NCBI GenBank assembly: GCA_963820025.1
Contig: CAWFYL010000005.1
Span: 19,757 to 83,756 of the forward strand
Direction of reading: 5' to 3'
DNA from: an uncultured Acidimicrobiia bacterium
Lineage (GTDB): Bacteria; Actinomycetota; Acidimicrobiia; IMCC26256; JAENVU01
DNA length: 64,000 bases
The translations under genes were made by a program, and so were the position numbers. A model generated the notes under the pieces. It was not told the origin of the DNA, did not search any database, and was given only the letters and a program-made list of their open reading frames with translations. The first letter of the stretch is position 1. The number at the start of each line of letters is the position of its first letter. Of this stretch, positions 28,334-42,055 are shown in pieces.

Positions 28334-29823
28334 TGTTCGACCGGTCGGACCTGGTGCACGCGAGCGTCCGCGGCGGCTTCGCCGGCGCCCGCATGCTCGT
28401 CGTCGGTGACCTGATGCTGGACCGCTACCTCGTGGGCGAGGTGGCGAGGATCTCCCCGGAGGCTCCGGTGCCGGTGGTCCGCCTCGGTCGCGAGAGCGCG
28501 TCCGTCGGCGGGGCCGGCAACGTCGCACTGAACCTCGCGGGGCTCGGAGTCCATGCGGACGTCGCGGGTTGGACCGGTGACGACGCGTCCGGTGCTCGCA
28601 TCCGCGAGCTCCTCGGAGCGTCGGGGGTCCGCGTGCACGGTGTCGCGGTCGTTCCGGGCCGCGCGACGACCACCAAGACCCGCGTGCTCTCCAAGCACCA
28701 GCAGCTCGTCCGCATCGACGACGAGGACACGGACTTCCCCGACAACACCGAACGCTCGGGATGGGACGAGCGCGTCATGCTCATGCTGGACGACGGGTAC
28801 GAGGCCGTGGTCCTCTCCGACTACGCCAAGGGCGTGCTGGACGCTCCGCTGTGCCAGCGGCTCATCGAGCGCTGCAGGGAGCGGGGCGTGCCCGTGCTCG
28901 TGGATCCGAAGGGCCTGGAGTTCGAGAAGTACCTCGGTGCCACCACGATCACCCCCAACGAGGGCGAGCTCGCGATCGTCAGCGACACGCCCGAGCACGA
29001 CCGCGACGCGCTCACCGCGGCCGCCGGCGTCCTGTGCGACGGGCTGCAGCTGGACTTCGTCACCCTGACCCGCGGTGAAGCGGGCATCACGATCGTCGAC
29101 GCCGAGGGTGTGCACCACGTACCTGCCCGCGCTCGAGAGGTGTTCGACGTCTCCGGCGCCGGCGACACGGCGATCGCGACGATGGCCGCCGCGATCGCGG
29201 TGGGGCTCGAGCGCCACGACGCCGCGGCGCTCGCGAACCTCGCCGCCGGGATCATCGTCGGCAAGACCGGGACGATCCCGATCACCCAGGCCGAGCTGCT
29301 CGACGCGCTCGGCCGGGGTGAGCACCACGCGGTGGTCCCGCTGGCCGACAAGGTGTCGGAGCTCGCGGCGCTCGCGGACACGGTCGAGCGGTGGCGCAGC
29401 GAGGGCGAGGTCATCGGGTTCACGAACGGCTGCTTCGACCTGCTCCACGCGGGCCACGTCAACTACCTCGATTGGGCCCGCCGTCACTGTGACCGCCTCG
29501 TCGTCGGGCTCAACACCGACGCGTCCGTGCGGGAGCAGAAGGGCCCGCAGCGCCCGGTCAACACCGAGGCCGCACGCGCCGCGGTGCTCGCGGGGCTCTC
29601 GGCCGTGGACGCGATCGTGCTGTTCTCCGATCCCACGCCGTTGCATCTGATCGAGGTGCTCCGGCCGGACGTGCTCGTGAAGGGCTCCGACTACGCCGAG
29701 GGTGACATCGTCGGCGCGCCCGAGGTACGCAGCTGGGGCGGGCGCGTCCTGCGCGCACCATTGCTCGAGGGCTACAGCACGACGGACATCCTGGGTCGCA
29801 TCGGTCCGGTCTCCTCGGGCTGA
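28333..29823 (+). CDS. hldE: Bifunctional heptose 7-phosphate kinase / heptose 1-phosphate adenylyltransferase
   Basis: RISPEAPVPVV, SDYAKG, DVSGAGDT, TNGCFDLLHAGH, KGPQRPVN, GYSTT. Confidence 0.95.
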   Translation: MFDRSDLVHASVRGGFAGARMLVVGDLMLDRYLVGEVARISPEAPVPVVRLGRESASVGGAGNVALNLAGLGVHADVAGWTGDDASGARIRELLGASGVRVHGVAVVPGRATTTKTRVLSKHQQLVRIDDEDTDFPDNTERSGWDERVMLMLDDGYEAVVLSDYAKGVLDAPLCQRLIERCRERGVPVLVDPKGLEFEKYLGATTITPNEGELAIVSDTPEHDRDALTAAAGVLCDGLQLDFVTLTRGEAGITIVDAEGVHHVPARAREVFDVSGAGDTAIATMAAAIAVGLERHDAAALANLAAGIIVGKTGTIPITQAELLDALGRGEHHAVVPLADKVSELAALADTVERWRSEGEVIGFTNGCFDLLHAGHVNYLDWARRHCDRLVVGLNTDASVREQKGPQRPVNTEAARAAVLAGLSAVDAIVLFSDPTPLHLIEVLRPDVLVKGSDYAEGDIVGAPEVRSWGGRVLRAPLLEGYSTTDILGRIGPVSSG

Positions 29824-29839
29824 GCGGCCTGCCGTCGTC

Positions 29840-30997
29840 ATGAGCCAGCCGGCCCAGCTCCAAGCCGACCGCGGCAATGCACGCCTGAAGTTCCTCGACC
29901 GCTACGCGGGGATCCCGGTCCTGGCCGCACTCGGGGTCGCGCGCCACGCCCGTGGATTGCATCACGTCCCGGAGGGTTGGAAGACGATCGGGCTCGTGAA
30001 GACGGTGGGGATCGGCGACACCGTGCTGCTGAGCGCGGTGATCCACGACATCCGCCATGCGCGGCCCGACGCGCGCATCGTGCTGTTCGTCAGCGCGAAC
30101 AACGCGGGGTTCGCCCGACTGCTCGACGACGTGGACGCGGTGGTCGTGCTGCCGGTGCGCAACATCCCTCGTGCGGTCCGGTTGTTGCGGGCCGAGCACT
30201 GCGACGTGGTCGTCGACTTCGGCGCCTGGCCGCGCCTCGAGAGCCTCTTCACGGTGCTGTCCGGCGCCGACTGCACCGTCGGCATGCGCACCAAGGGCCA
30301 GCACCGTCACTACGCCTACGACGTCGTCGTCGACCACGGCACCGGTCACGAGATCGACAACTACCGCCGCCTCGTCGCCGCGGTTGGGATCGACTCGACC
30401 AGCAACCCGGTGCTGCACGCCGATCCGGGTGCGCCGCGCCCGCTCGCGACCCGGTACGTCGTGCTCCACCTGTGGCCCGGCGGCGCGAACTTCGACGAGC
30501 GCTCATGGCCGGCAGATCGCTGGCGCGCGGTGGCCGCGGCGATGAACGACCGCGGGTTCGAGGTCGTGCTCACCGGCGGTCCCGGCGACATGGGGCCGAC
30601 CGGCGCACTGGTCGCCGACTGGCGCGCGCTCGGCATCCGGGCCCGGTCCGCGGCCGGCACCACGCCGGCCGAGACGCTCGTGTGGCTGCGCTTCGCGTCG
30701 GGGGTGATCAGCGTGAACACGGGTGTGATGCATCTCGCCGCGGCCGTGGGCACGCCGGTCGTGGCGCTCAACGGCCCGACGCCGGTGGCCCGCTGGGGCC
30801 CGGTCGGCGCACCGGCGCGCTCGGTCGTCTCGCCGCTGGTCCCCGGGGGCTACCTCAACCTCGGCTGGGAGGAGGACGACCGGTTCCGGGACGCGATGTC
30901 GGCGATCACCGTCGACACCGTCGTGTCGGCCTGGGACGACCTCATGGCCGAGGTCGACGACGGCGAAGCCCACCCCGAAGAGGTCACGTCCTCCTGA
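29840..30997 (+). CDS. Glycosyltransferase family 9 (heptosyltransferase-like)
   Basis: GIGDTVL, RSWPADRW, VNTGVMHLAAAVGTPVVALNGPT..RWGP. Confidence 0.88.
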   Translation: MSQPAQLQADRGNARLKFLDRYAGIPVLAALGVARHARGLHHVPEGWKTIGLVKTVGIGDTVLLSAVIHDIRHARPDARIVLFVSANNAGFARLLDDVDAVVVLPVRNIPRAVRLLRAEHCDVVVDFGAWPRLESLFTVLSGADCTVGMRTKGQHRHYAYDVVVDHGTGHEIDNYRRLVAAVGIDSTSNPVLHADPGAPRPLATRYVVLHLWPGGANFDERSWPADRWRAVAAAMNDRGFEVVLTGGPGDMGPTGALVADWRALGIRARSAAGTTPAETLVWLRFASGVISVNTGVMHLAAAVGTPVVALNGPTPVARWGPVGAPARSVVSPLVPGGYLNLGWEEDDRFRDAMSAITVDTVVSAWDDLMAEVDDGEAHPEEVTSS

Positions 30998-31011
30998 TCT
31001 GGTCGCTCCGG

Positions 31012-31057
31012 GCTCCGCACTTCGACCGCCCCGGGCATGGTTGTCCGCCCTCCGCTC
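31012..31057 (+). repeat. Bipartite intergenic motif shared with 47281-47314
   Basis: GCTCCGCACTTCG ... TCCGCCCTCCGCTC occur in the same order at both loci. Confidence 0.55.
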
Positions 31058-31138
31058 CGCAGCATCCGACCTGCGTCGAGCGCGGCACGCCCCCGGCAAG
31101 ATGAGCGAGCCGGAGGTCGCACCGGTCATAGTGCGGCG

Positions 31139-34100
31139 GTGACGTCGCCGCCCCTGTCCGAGCTGCCCCGGCTGCTGGCCGAGGATCCGAGCGTCGGCGC
31201 GGTCGCGTCCGGGCGCGCGGAGGTCGTCGCGGTCTCCGACGCGGCGCGGGCGCTGTTCACCGCGGGCATCCACCGGCTGACCGGGGCCCGCCCGATCCTG
31301 CTCGCGGTCCCGACCGCGGCCGAGGCCGAGCGGCTCGCGGGCGACCTCGTCCCCATGCTCGGCGCCGCGGCGGTGGAGCTGTTCCCGGCGTGGGAGACCT
31401 TGCCGTTCGAGCGGGTCTCACCCGCGCTGGAGACGATGGGGCGGCGGCTCCGCATCATGTGGCGCCTGCGCGAGGGTGGCGACGAGCTCCCCGCGGTCGT
31501 CGTCGCGCCGGTGCGGGCGCTCGTCCAGCGGCTCGGTCCCCAGGTCGAGGACGTCGAGCCGGTGGTCCTGCGCTGCGGCGACCAGGTCGACCGTGACGAG
31601 CTGCTCGAGCGGTTCGTCGCCGCCGGCTACCGGCGCGAGTACCAGGTCGAGGGGCGAGGTGAGATCGCGGTGCGGGGCTCGATCGTGGACGTCTTCCCGT
31701 CCACCGCGGACCACCCGGTGCGTGTGGATCTGTGGGGCGACGAGATCGACCGGCTCTCCGAGTTCTCGGTCGCGGACCAACGCAGCACGCACGAGCTCTC
31801 GCACGCCATGGTGTTCCCGAGCCGTGAGCTGCTCCCGACCGCGGCGGTGCGCGAACGCGCGCGGGAGCTCGTCACCGCCGCGCCATGGGGGCGAGCGCAG
31901 TGGGAGCGCCTCGCCGAGGGCCAGGCGTTCGACGGCATGGAGTCGTGGCTCCCGTGGCTCACCGAGGACGAGCACCTCCTGCCTGACCTCCTGCCCGGGG
32001 GCGCACGGGTCTTCCTCGTCGAGCCGCGCCGGATGCGGGACCGAGCGCAGGAGCTGCTCGACGAGGAGGCGAGCCTGGGCGAGACGCTCGCGGGGACGTG
32101 GGGTGCCGAAGGGCACGCCTTCCCGCACCTGTCGCTGCCCTTCGAGCGGCTGCTCGCGCACACCCGGGCGCAGGCCACGAGCCTGCTCGCGGCCCCGGAC
32201 TCGCCCGATACGCCGCAGCTCGCGGCGGCCGCGTTCGACCCGGTGGTCGGCGATGTCGAGGCGCTCGCGGCGCGCGTCCGCGCGCTGCGCGACACGGGCA
32301 CGCGCGTCGTCATCGCGACGGAGGGCACCGGGTCGGCGGCGCGCCTGCGCGACGTGCTCGCGGGCGAGGGCGTGCAGGTGCCGATCACCGAGACACCCGG
32401 CCTGGAGCCGGGGAGCCTGTCGATCGTCGTCGCGCCGCTCGAGCGCGGCGTCGTCATGCCCGGCGCGGGGCTCGCGCTGATCGCCGAGTCGGACCTCACC
32501 GGACGCCGCCGCGTCCATCGCCGTCCACGGGAGGCGCGCAAGGCGGTCGACTACTACGAGGATCTCAAGCCCGGCGACTTCGTGGTGCACCAGGTCCACG
32601 GCGTCGGCCGTTACGAGGGCATGGTCGCCCGCGCGATCGGCGGCGTGGAGCGCGACTACCTCCTGGTCGCGTACCGCGGCGGCGACAAGCTGTACGTCCC
32701 GACCGACCAGGTCGGCACCATCCGGCGCTACACCGGGGGCGATGCTCCGTCGCTCAGCAGGATGGGCGGCACCGAGTGGCAGAAGACGCGCAACCGGGTG
32801 CGGAGCGCGGTCCAGGAGGTCGCGGCCGAGCTCGTCATCCTGTACCGGCGGCGGCTGGCCGCGCCCGGGTTCGCGTTCTCGCCCGACACGCCGTGGCAGA
32901 TCGAGATGGAGGACGCGTTCCCGTACGAGGAGACGCCCGACCAGCTGCAGGCGATCGCCGACGTGAAGGCCGACATGGAGCGCTCGGTGCCGATGGACCG
33001 GCTGATCTGCGGCGACGTCGGGTACGGGAAGACCGAGGTCGCGATGCGCGCGACGTTCAAGGCGGTGCAGGACGGCAAGCAGGCCGTGGTCCTCGCGCCC
33101 ACGACCCTGCTCGCGAACCAGCACGGTCAGACGTTCCGCGAGCGGTTCGCGGGCTACCCGGTGCGGGTCGAGGTGCTGAGCCGGTTCCTCAGCCAGAAGG
33201 AGCAGAAGGCGATCGTCGCGGACATTGCGAGCGGCGCGGTCGACGTGGTGATCGGGACGCACCGGCTCCTGTCCGACGACGTGGCGCTCAAGGACCTCGG
33301 GCTCCTCGTGATCGACGAGGAGCAGCGGTTCGGCGTCCAGCACAAGGAGAAGATCAAGCGGCTCCGGGCGAACGTGGACGTGCTGACGCTCACCGCCACG
33401 CCGATCCCGCGCACGCTCGAGATGAGCCTGACCGGCATCCGAGACCTGTCGCTCGTGCAGACCCCGCCCGAGGAGCGCCAACCGATCCTCACCTACGTCG
33501 GCGAGTACGACGAGCGCGCGGTGTCCGAGGCGATCCGCCGCGAGCTGCTGCGCGAAGGCCAGGTGTTCTTCGTCCACAACCGGGTCCAGGACATCGAGCA
33601 CGTCGCCGCCGGCGTCCGCGAGCTCGTGCCCGGGGCACGGGTCGCGACCGCCCACGGCCAGATGGACGAGGGCCGGCTCGAACGGGTGGTGCTCGACTTT
33701 GCCGCACGTGACTACGACGTCCTGGTGTGCACCACGATCGTCGAGAGCGGCCTCGACATGCCGACGGTCAACACGATGGTGGTCGACCGCGCCGACATGC
33801 TCGGGCTCGCCCAGCTCTACCAGCTGCGCGGCCGGGTCGGACGACGGGGTCAGCGCGCGTACGCGTACCTGCTGCATCCGGCGGACCGCGTGTTGAGCGA
33901 AGAGGCGTACGAGCGCTTGAAGGCGATCGGTGAGTTCACCGACCTCGGCTCGGGCTTCAAGCTCGCCATGCGCGACCTCGAGATCCGTGGCGCCGGGAAC
34001 CTGCTCGGCGGCGCGCAGAGCGGCCACATCGCCGCGGTCGGCTTCGACCTCTACTGCGAGCTGGTGACCGAGGCCGTGAGCGAGCTGAAGGGCGAGGCGC

Positions 34101-34561
34101 CGGAGCAGTCGGTCGACGTGGTGATCGACGTCCCCCTCGACGCCCACCTGCCGCGGGACTACGTCGACCGCGACGACGTGCGGATGGAGGCGTACCGCCG
34201 GCTCGCGGCGGTCAGCGCGCCCGCCGACGTGGAGGACATCCGCACCGAGTGGCTCGACCGCTACGGACCGCTGCCCCCGAGCGCCGAGGCGCTGCTCGCG
34301 GTGGCCCGGCTGCGGGCCGAGTCCGTCCGGATCCGGGCCACGACGGTCTCGGTCCAGAAAGGCGTGGCGCGCATCGAGGGCCTCGAGCTGAAGGAGAGCC
34401 AGAAGGTCCGGCTCCGGCGGCTCGCGCCCAAGGCGGCGGCGAAGGAGGGCGGCGAGGTGGTGATCCCGCTGTCGGTGCAGGCGGCCGCCGTCCCCGACAC
34501 GCTGGTCGAGCTGCTCCACCAGCTCGTGCCGGTCGGCGCCGGAGAGCCCGCGGCCGGGTGA
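31139..34561 (+). CDS. mfd: Transcription-repair coupling factor
   Basis: FPAWETLPFER, GDVGYGKTE, DEEQRFGV, TATPIPRTL, QLRGRVGR, DLEIRGAGN. Confidence 0.97.
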   Translation: MTSPPLSELPRLLAEDPSVGAVASGRAEVVAVSDAARALFTAGIHRLTGARPILLAVPTAAEAERLAGDLVPMLGAAAVELFPAWETLPFERVSPALETMGRRLRIMWRLREGGDELPAVVVAPVRALVQRLGPQVEDVEPVVLRCGDQVDRDELLERFVAAGYRREYQVEGRGEIAVRGSIVDVFPSTADHPVRVDLWGDEIDRLSEFSVADQRSTHELSHAMVFPSRELLPTAAVRERARELVTAAPWGRAQWERLAEGQAFDGMESWLPWLTEDEHLLPDLLPGGARVFLVEPRRMRDRAQELLDEEASLGETLAGTWGAEGHAFPHLSLPFERLLAHTRAQATSLLAAPDSPDTPQLAAAAFDPVVGDVEALAARVRALRDTGTRVVIATEGTGSAARLRDVLAGEGVQVPITETPGLEPGSLSIVVAPLERGVVMPGAGLALIAESDLTGRRRVHRRPREARKAVDYYEDLKPGDFVVHQVHGVGRYEGMVARAIGGVERDYLLVAYRGGDKLYVPTDQVGTIRRYTGGDAPSLSRMGGTEWQKTRNRVRSAVQEVAAELVILYRRRLAAPGFAFSPDTPWQIEMEDAFPYEETPDQLQAIADVKADMERSVPMDRLICGDVGYGKTEVAMRATFKAVQDGKQAVVLAPTTLLANQHGQTFRERFAGYPVRVEVLSRFLSQKEQKAIVADIASGAVDVVIGTHRLLSDDVALKDLGLLVIDEEQRFGVQHKEKIKRLRANVDVLTLTATPIPRTLEMSLTGIRDLSLVQTPPEERQPILTYVGEYDERAVSEAIRRELLREGQVFFVHNRVQDIEHVAAGVRELVPGARVATAHGQMDEGRLERVVLDFAARDYDVLVCTTIVESGLDMPTVNTMVVDRADMLGLAQLYQLRGRVGRRGQRAYAYLLHPADRVLSEEAYERLKAIGEFTDLGSGFKLAMRDLEIRGAGNLLGGAQSGHIAAVGFDLYCELVTEAVSELKGEAPEQSVDVVIDVPLDAHLPRDYVDRDDVRMEAYRRLAAVSAPADVEDIRTEWLDRYGPLPPSAEALLAVARLRAESVRIRATTVSVQKGVARIEGLELKESQKVRLRRLAPKAAAKEGGEVVIPLSVQAAAVPDTLVELLHQLVPVGAGEPAAG

Positions 34562-34593
34562 CGCCGGCACGGACCGGTAGAGTCCCGATTCCT

Positions 34594-35633
34594 GTGAAGC
34601 GCACGCTCCCCGTCCTCGCGGCCGCCGTCGGCGCGGCGCTCCTGCTCTCGGCGTGCAGCAGCACCGGCGACCCGCTCGCCGCGAAGGTCGGATCGACGAC
34701 GATCAGCCGCTCATCGGTGAACGACGACCTGCGCGTGATCACCGACAACGAGGCGGTCACCGCGTCCTTGAGCAAGTCGCTCGGGAACGTCAAGCCGACC
34801 GACGGCGGGGTCAGCCGGCAGCTCGCGACCATCTGGCTCACGACGCTCGTCAACCAGGTCGTCGTCGACGACTACTTCGCGAAGCACCATCTCAAGGTCA
34901 GCGACGCGGACAGGACGGCGGCCCGGCAGGCCGCGTACAGCAGCTTCGTGAACCAGAAGACCTTCAAGGATCTCCCGAAGTGGTTCCAGGACCAGACGGT
35001 CTCGCGCCAGGAGCGGCTCCAGGCCGTGCAGGCCACGCTCCCGGAGCCCAAGGCGCCATCCGACGCGGCGCTCCAGCAGGCCTTCGACGCCAACAAGGCC
35101 CAGCTCTGCCCGAGCGGTGAGGCGATCGCGCAGATCCAGGCGACGACGCAGGCCGACGCCGAGGCGATCGAGGTGCAGCTCGCGGCCGGCGCGGACTTCG
35201 GGACGCTGGCCCAGCAGCGCTCGTCGGATGCCGGCTCGGCGGGGGTCGGCGGCCTCGTCGCCTGCACGAACTCCGACCAGTACAACCAGCTGCCGGCCGC
35301 GTTCCGTCAGGGTGCGGACGCGCTCCAGCTGGGCCAGGTCTCGCCGCCGGTCCAGTCCGACCTCGGCTGGCACGTGATCAAGCGCGAGCCGTTCGACCTC
35401 GCGAACTCGAAGCTCCTGATCGCCCGGATCCTCACCCAGCAGCAGACCCGCCCCATCCAGACGTTCATCAACAACCAGCTGGTGCGGCGCAAGGTCTGGG
35501 TCGACCCGCAGTACGGCACGGTGCGGCGGGGCAAGGCGGCCATCACGATCGTCCCGCCCCAGCCTCCGAAGACGCGCAGCGAGCCGGCAGAGCCGGACAG
35601 CACGACGACCCCCGCGGCGGGCGCGACCAGCCC

Positions 35634-35637
<4 letters not shown>
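34594..35637 (+). CDS. PrsA/SurA-like peptidylprolyl isomerase lipoprotein
   Basis: Lipobox LSAC, FGTLAQQRSSD...GG, GQVSPPVQSDLGWHVIK. Confidence 0.8.
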
Positions 35638-38982
<3,345 letters not shown>

Positions 38983-39005
38983 CCCGCCGTCACCCACCCC
39001 GCCCG

Positions 39006-39052
39006 TTCTCGGCACGTTGGACCACACCTGGTGTGGTTGAGCGTGCCGAGAA
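39006..39052. repeat. 47-bp palindromic REP-like element, solo copy 3
   Basis: TTCTCGGCACGTTGGACCACA-cctgg-TGTGGTTGAGCGTGCCGAGAA. Confidence 0.9.
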
Positions 39053-39081
39053 GGTGAGGGCGGGCGCGTAGCCTCCCCGGC

Positions 39082-39549
39082 GTGCCTGCTTCTGCCGCAG
39101 ACGTCGCCCGGGTGACCGAGCTCCTCGGCCGCCCGCCCCGGGCCGAGTTCGACGTGGTCGTGCGATCCCAGGACGGGGAGCCCGCGGTGATCCGCAACGC
39201 GCCGTTGCTCCTCGACGGCACCCCGATGCCGACGCGCTTCTGGCTCGTGGCACCGCGGCTCGTGCGCAACGTGGCGCGCCTCGAGGCCGACGGCGGCGTG
39301 CGCGCCGCGACCGAGGACGTCGATCCGGACGCGCTCGCCGCCGCGCACGTGGCGTACGCCCGGGAGCGGGACGCGGCGCTCCCTGCGGGTTGGTCGGGCC
39401 CACAGCCCTTCGGCGGCGTGGGCGGCACCCGCCGGGGCGTCAAGTGCCTCCACGCGCACTACGCCTGGTTCCTCGCCGGCGGGCCCGATCCGGTCGGCCG
39501 ATGGGTGGACGAGCGCATCGACGGTGGTGACGCGGCGCGCGGGGCATGA
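39082..39549 (+). CDS. DUF501 domain protein
   Basis: DGTPMPTRFWL, GVGG, VKCLHAH. Conserved eno-divIC-DUF501-ppx order. Confidence 0.9.
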   Translation: MPASAADVARVTELLGRPPRAEFDVVVRSQDGEPAVIRNAPLLLDGTPMPTRFWLVAPRLVRNVARLEADGGVRAATEDVDPDALAAAHVAYARERDAALPAGWSGPQPFGGVGGTRRGVKCLHAHYAWFLAGGPDPVGRWVDERIDGGDAARGA

Positions 39550-40478
39550 GGGTCGCGGCGATCGACATCGGGACCAACTCGACCCGCCTGCTGGTCGGGG
39601 GCATCGAGCGCCGCGACGGGCCGCTCGACCAGATCGACCGCCGGATGACGATCACCCGGCTCGGCCAGGGCGTCGACGCGACGCGCCGCCTGGCACCCGT
39701 CGCGATCGAACGGACGCTCGCCGCGCTGCGCGAGTACCGCGCCGCGATGGATGCGCTCGGCGGCGTCGACGCGGTGCGTGCCACTGCGACGAGCGCGGCG
39801 CGGGACGCAACGAACCGCGACGACTTCTTCGGTCCCGCAGCCGAGATCGTCGGCGTCGAGCTCGAGCTGCTCTCGGGAGACGACGAGGCCGCGCTCTCCT
39901 TCCTCGGCGCGACGACAGGGCTCGACGGCTCGGTTGCGGCGCCCTATCTCGTCGTCGACATCGGCGGCGGCTCGACCGAGTTCGTCGTCGGTACCAGCGA
40001 GCCCGAGGGGACGATGTCGGTCGACATCGGATGCGTGCGCCTCTCGGAGGCCTGGCTGCACTCGGACCCGCCCACGCCCGAAGAGCTGAGCCAGGCCGTG
40101 CACGTCGTGCGCGAGCACATCATCGACGTGATGCGCGAGGTGCCGGCGGTCAAGGAGGCCAAGACGCTCATCGGGCTCGCGGGGACAGTGACCACCGTCG
40201 CCGCGATCGAGCTCGGTCTGCGCGAGTACGACCCGAAACGCATCCACCACGCACGGCTGGCCCACTCGGCGGTCGAGGACGTCTTCCGCACGCTGGCGAC
40301 CGAGTCCGCGGCCGAGCGCCGCCACAATCCGGGCCTCGAGCCGGGTCGCGTGGACGTCATCGTGGGCGGGGTCATCATCCTGGTCACGATCCTGCGGTCG
40401 ATCGGGTTCGACGAGCTCCTGGTCTCGGAAGCGGACATCCTGGACGGCCTGGCCCGGAGCCTCGCCCCGGCCCGCTGA
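39546..40478 (+). CDS. ppx: Ppx/GppA family phosphatase
   Basis: AAIDIGTNSTRL, ATSAARDA, DIGGGSTE, GRVDVI. Confidence 0.92.
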   Translation: MRVAAIDIGTNSTRLLVGGIERRDGPLDQIDRRMTITRLGQGVDATRRLAPVAIERTLAALREYRAAMDALGGVDAVRATATSAARDATNRDDFFGPAAEIVGVELELLSGDDEAALSFLGATTGLDGSVAAPYLVVDIGGGSTEFVVGTSEPEGTMSVDIGCVRLSEAWLHSDPPTPEELSQAVHVVREHIIDVMREVPAVKEAKTLIGLAGTVTTVAAIELGLREYDPKRIHHARLAHSAVEDVFRTLATESAAERRHNPGLEPGRVDVIVGGVIILVTILRSIGFDELLVSEADILDGLARSLAPAR

Positions 40479-40506
40479 GCCCACCCGGGAGCCGGGCAAA
40501 GTCCCC

Positions 40507-40533
40507 CTCAGTCCGGTCCCGCACCGTGCCGAT
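40507..40533 (+). promoter_or_regulatory. Possible FliA/WhiG (sigma28-family) promoter
   Basis: CTCA-n17-GCCGAT, 8 bp before GTG 40542. Confidence 0.35.
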
Positions 40534-40541
40534 GATCTGGC

Positions 40542-40913
40542 GTGGAGCTCGAAGGGTTCGTGACTGCGCTGGCGCGCCTCGACGGTGACGACATCCGTGC
40601 CGTGGCGATCGCGATCGACGATCACCACCAGACCGTCGCCGACGAGGTGGAGGCCTGGGAAGCGGTGATGTGCATCGACGACGCGCTGCGCCTCGCCGGC
40701 CGATCCCGCGTCGCAGCCCGAGCCGCGCACGAAGCGGTGCAGGCGGTGCGCACCGCCGCGGAGCGATCCCACCTGGACATCCCCGACGCGGTCGTCATCC
40801 GGGTCGCACGCGAAGCCGCGATGCTCGCCCGCGCGCTCGTCGCCGGCACGGCGGCCGATCCCGCGCTCGAGCACCTGACGCGCATCTGGGGTCGAGTCGC
40901 GGCTCCCGCCTGA
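40542..40913 (+). CDS. Hypothetical protein
   Basis: 123-aa ORF with host-like codon usage filling the gap between ppx and the aminotransferase. Confidence 0.7.
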   Translation: MELEGFVTALARLDGDDIRAVAIAIDDHHQTVADEVEAWEAVMCIDDALRLAGRSRVAARAAHEAVQAVRTAAERSHLDIPDAVVIRVAREAAMLARALVAGTAADPALEHLTRIWGRVAAPA

Positions 40914-40963
40914 CGGGCGCGTCGAACGGGGTGGCCCCTGGGGGCCGGTTCTACGATGCCGCG

Positions 40964-42055
40964 ATGCCACTGACCGACCGCCTGCTGCTGGGACCCGGAC
41001 CGTCCAACCCGTACCCCGAGGTCGCGGCGGCGTTCGCCCGGCCGCTCCTGGGGCATCTGGACCCGGACTTCCTCGCGATCCTCGACGAGACGTGCGAACG
41101 CCTGCGGACCGTCTTCCGCACCGCGAACTCCCTGACCCTGCCGATCTCCGGCACCGGCTCGGCCGGCATGGAGGCCTGCTTCGTGAACCTGCTGGAGCCC
41201 GGCGACACCGCGATCGTCGGGGTGAACGGCGTCTTCGGCGAGCGGATGTGTGAGGTCGCCCGGCGCTGCGGCGCGGAGGTCGTGCGGGTGGACGCGCCCT
41301 GGGGCGCGGCGTTGGACCCCCAGCGCCTGGTCGACGCGCAGCGCGCCCACCCGAAGGCGCGCCTGCTCGCGGTCGTGCACGCGGAGACCTCGACCGGGGT
41401 CGAGAACGACGTCGCGCCGCTGCGCGTCCTGCAGGAGACGGACACGCTGCTGCTGGTCGACACGGTCACGTCGCTCGGCGGGATCCAGGTGGACGTCGAC
41501 GGCTGGGGGATCGACGCGTGCTACTCGGGCACCCAGAAGTGCCTCGGCGTCCCGCCCGGGCTCTCGCCGCTCACCTTCTCGCCCCGTGCCGTCGAGCGCG
41601 TGCACACCCGGCCCGCGCCCCCACAGTCCTGGTACCTGGACCTCGGCCTGATCGGCGACTACGTCGGCGGCGCCCGCAAGTACCACCACACCGCGCCGAC
41701 GGCCATGGTGGTCGCGCTGCACGCGGGGCTCGGCGCGGTGCTCGACGAGGGGCTCGAGCCGGCGTGGGCGCGGCACCGGGCCGCCGGCACCCGCCTCCAG
41801 GCCGGTCTGGTCGACCTGGGCTGGACGCTGATCGCCGAGGAGGGTCACCGCCTGCCCCAGCTCACGTCCGTCCGGCTCCCGTCGGGCGTCGACGAGGGGG
41901 CGCTGCGGTCCGAGCTGCTCCACGGCTCGGGAATCGAGGTCGGCGGCGGGCTGGGAGAGTTTGCCGGTCTGGCCTGGCGAATCGGGCTCATGGGGCATTC
42001 CGCCCGGGAACGCTCGGTCACCACCCTCTTGGGGGTGCTGCGGGAGCACGACTGA
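40964..42055 (+). CDS. Alanine--glyoxylate aminotransferase family (class V PLP)
   Basis: LLGPGPSN, GTGSAGME, HAETSTGV, SGTQKCL, YHHTAP, WRIGLMG. Confidence 0.92.
   Translation: MPLTDRLLLGPGPSNPYPEVAAAFARPLLGHLDPDFLAILDETCERLRTVFRTANSLTLPISGTGSAGMEACFVNLLEPGDTAIVGVNGVFGERMCEVARRCGAEVVRVDAPWGAALDPQRLVDAQRAHPKARLLAVVHAETSTGVENDVAPLRVLQETDTLLLVDTVTSLGGIQVDVDGWGIDACYSGTQKCLGVPPGLSPLTFSPRAVERVHTRPAPPQSWYLDLGLIGDYVGGARKYHHTAPTAMVVALHAGLGAVLDEGLEPAWARHRAAGTRLQAGLVDLGWTLIAEEGHRLPQLTSVRLPSGVDEGALRSELLHGSGIEVGGGLGEFAGLAWRIGLMGHSARERSVTTLLGVLREHD

Noticed and set aside
27200-30997. Heptose genes as evidence of a Gram-negative host or contamination
   Set aside because: Codon style of hldE and GT9 matches the host, and they sit within actinobacterial synteny (bS22, bL37, DUF501, actinobacterial SerC).
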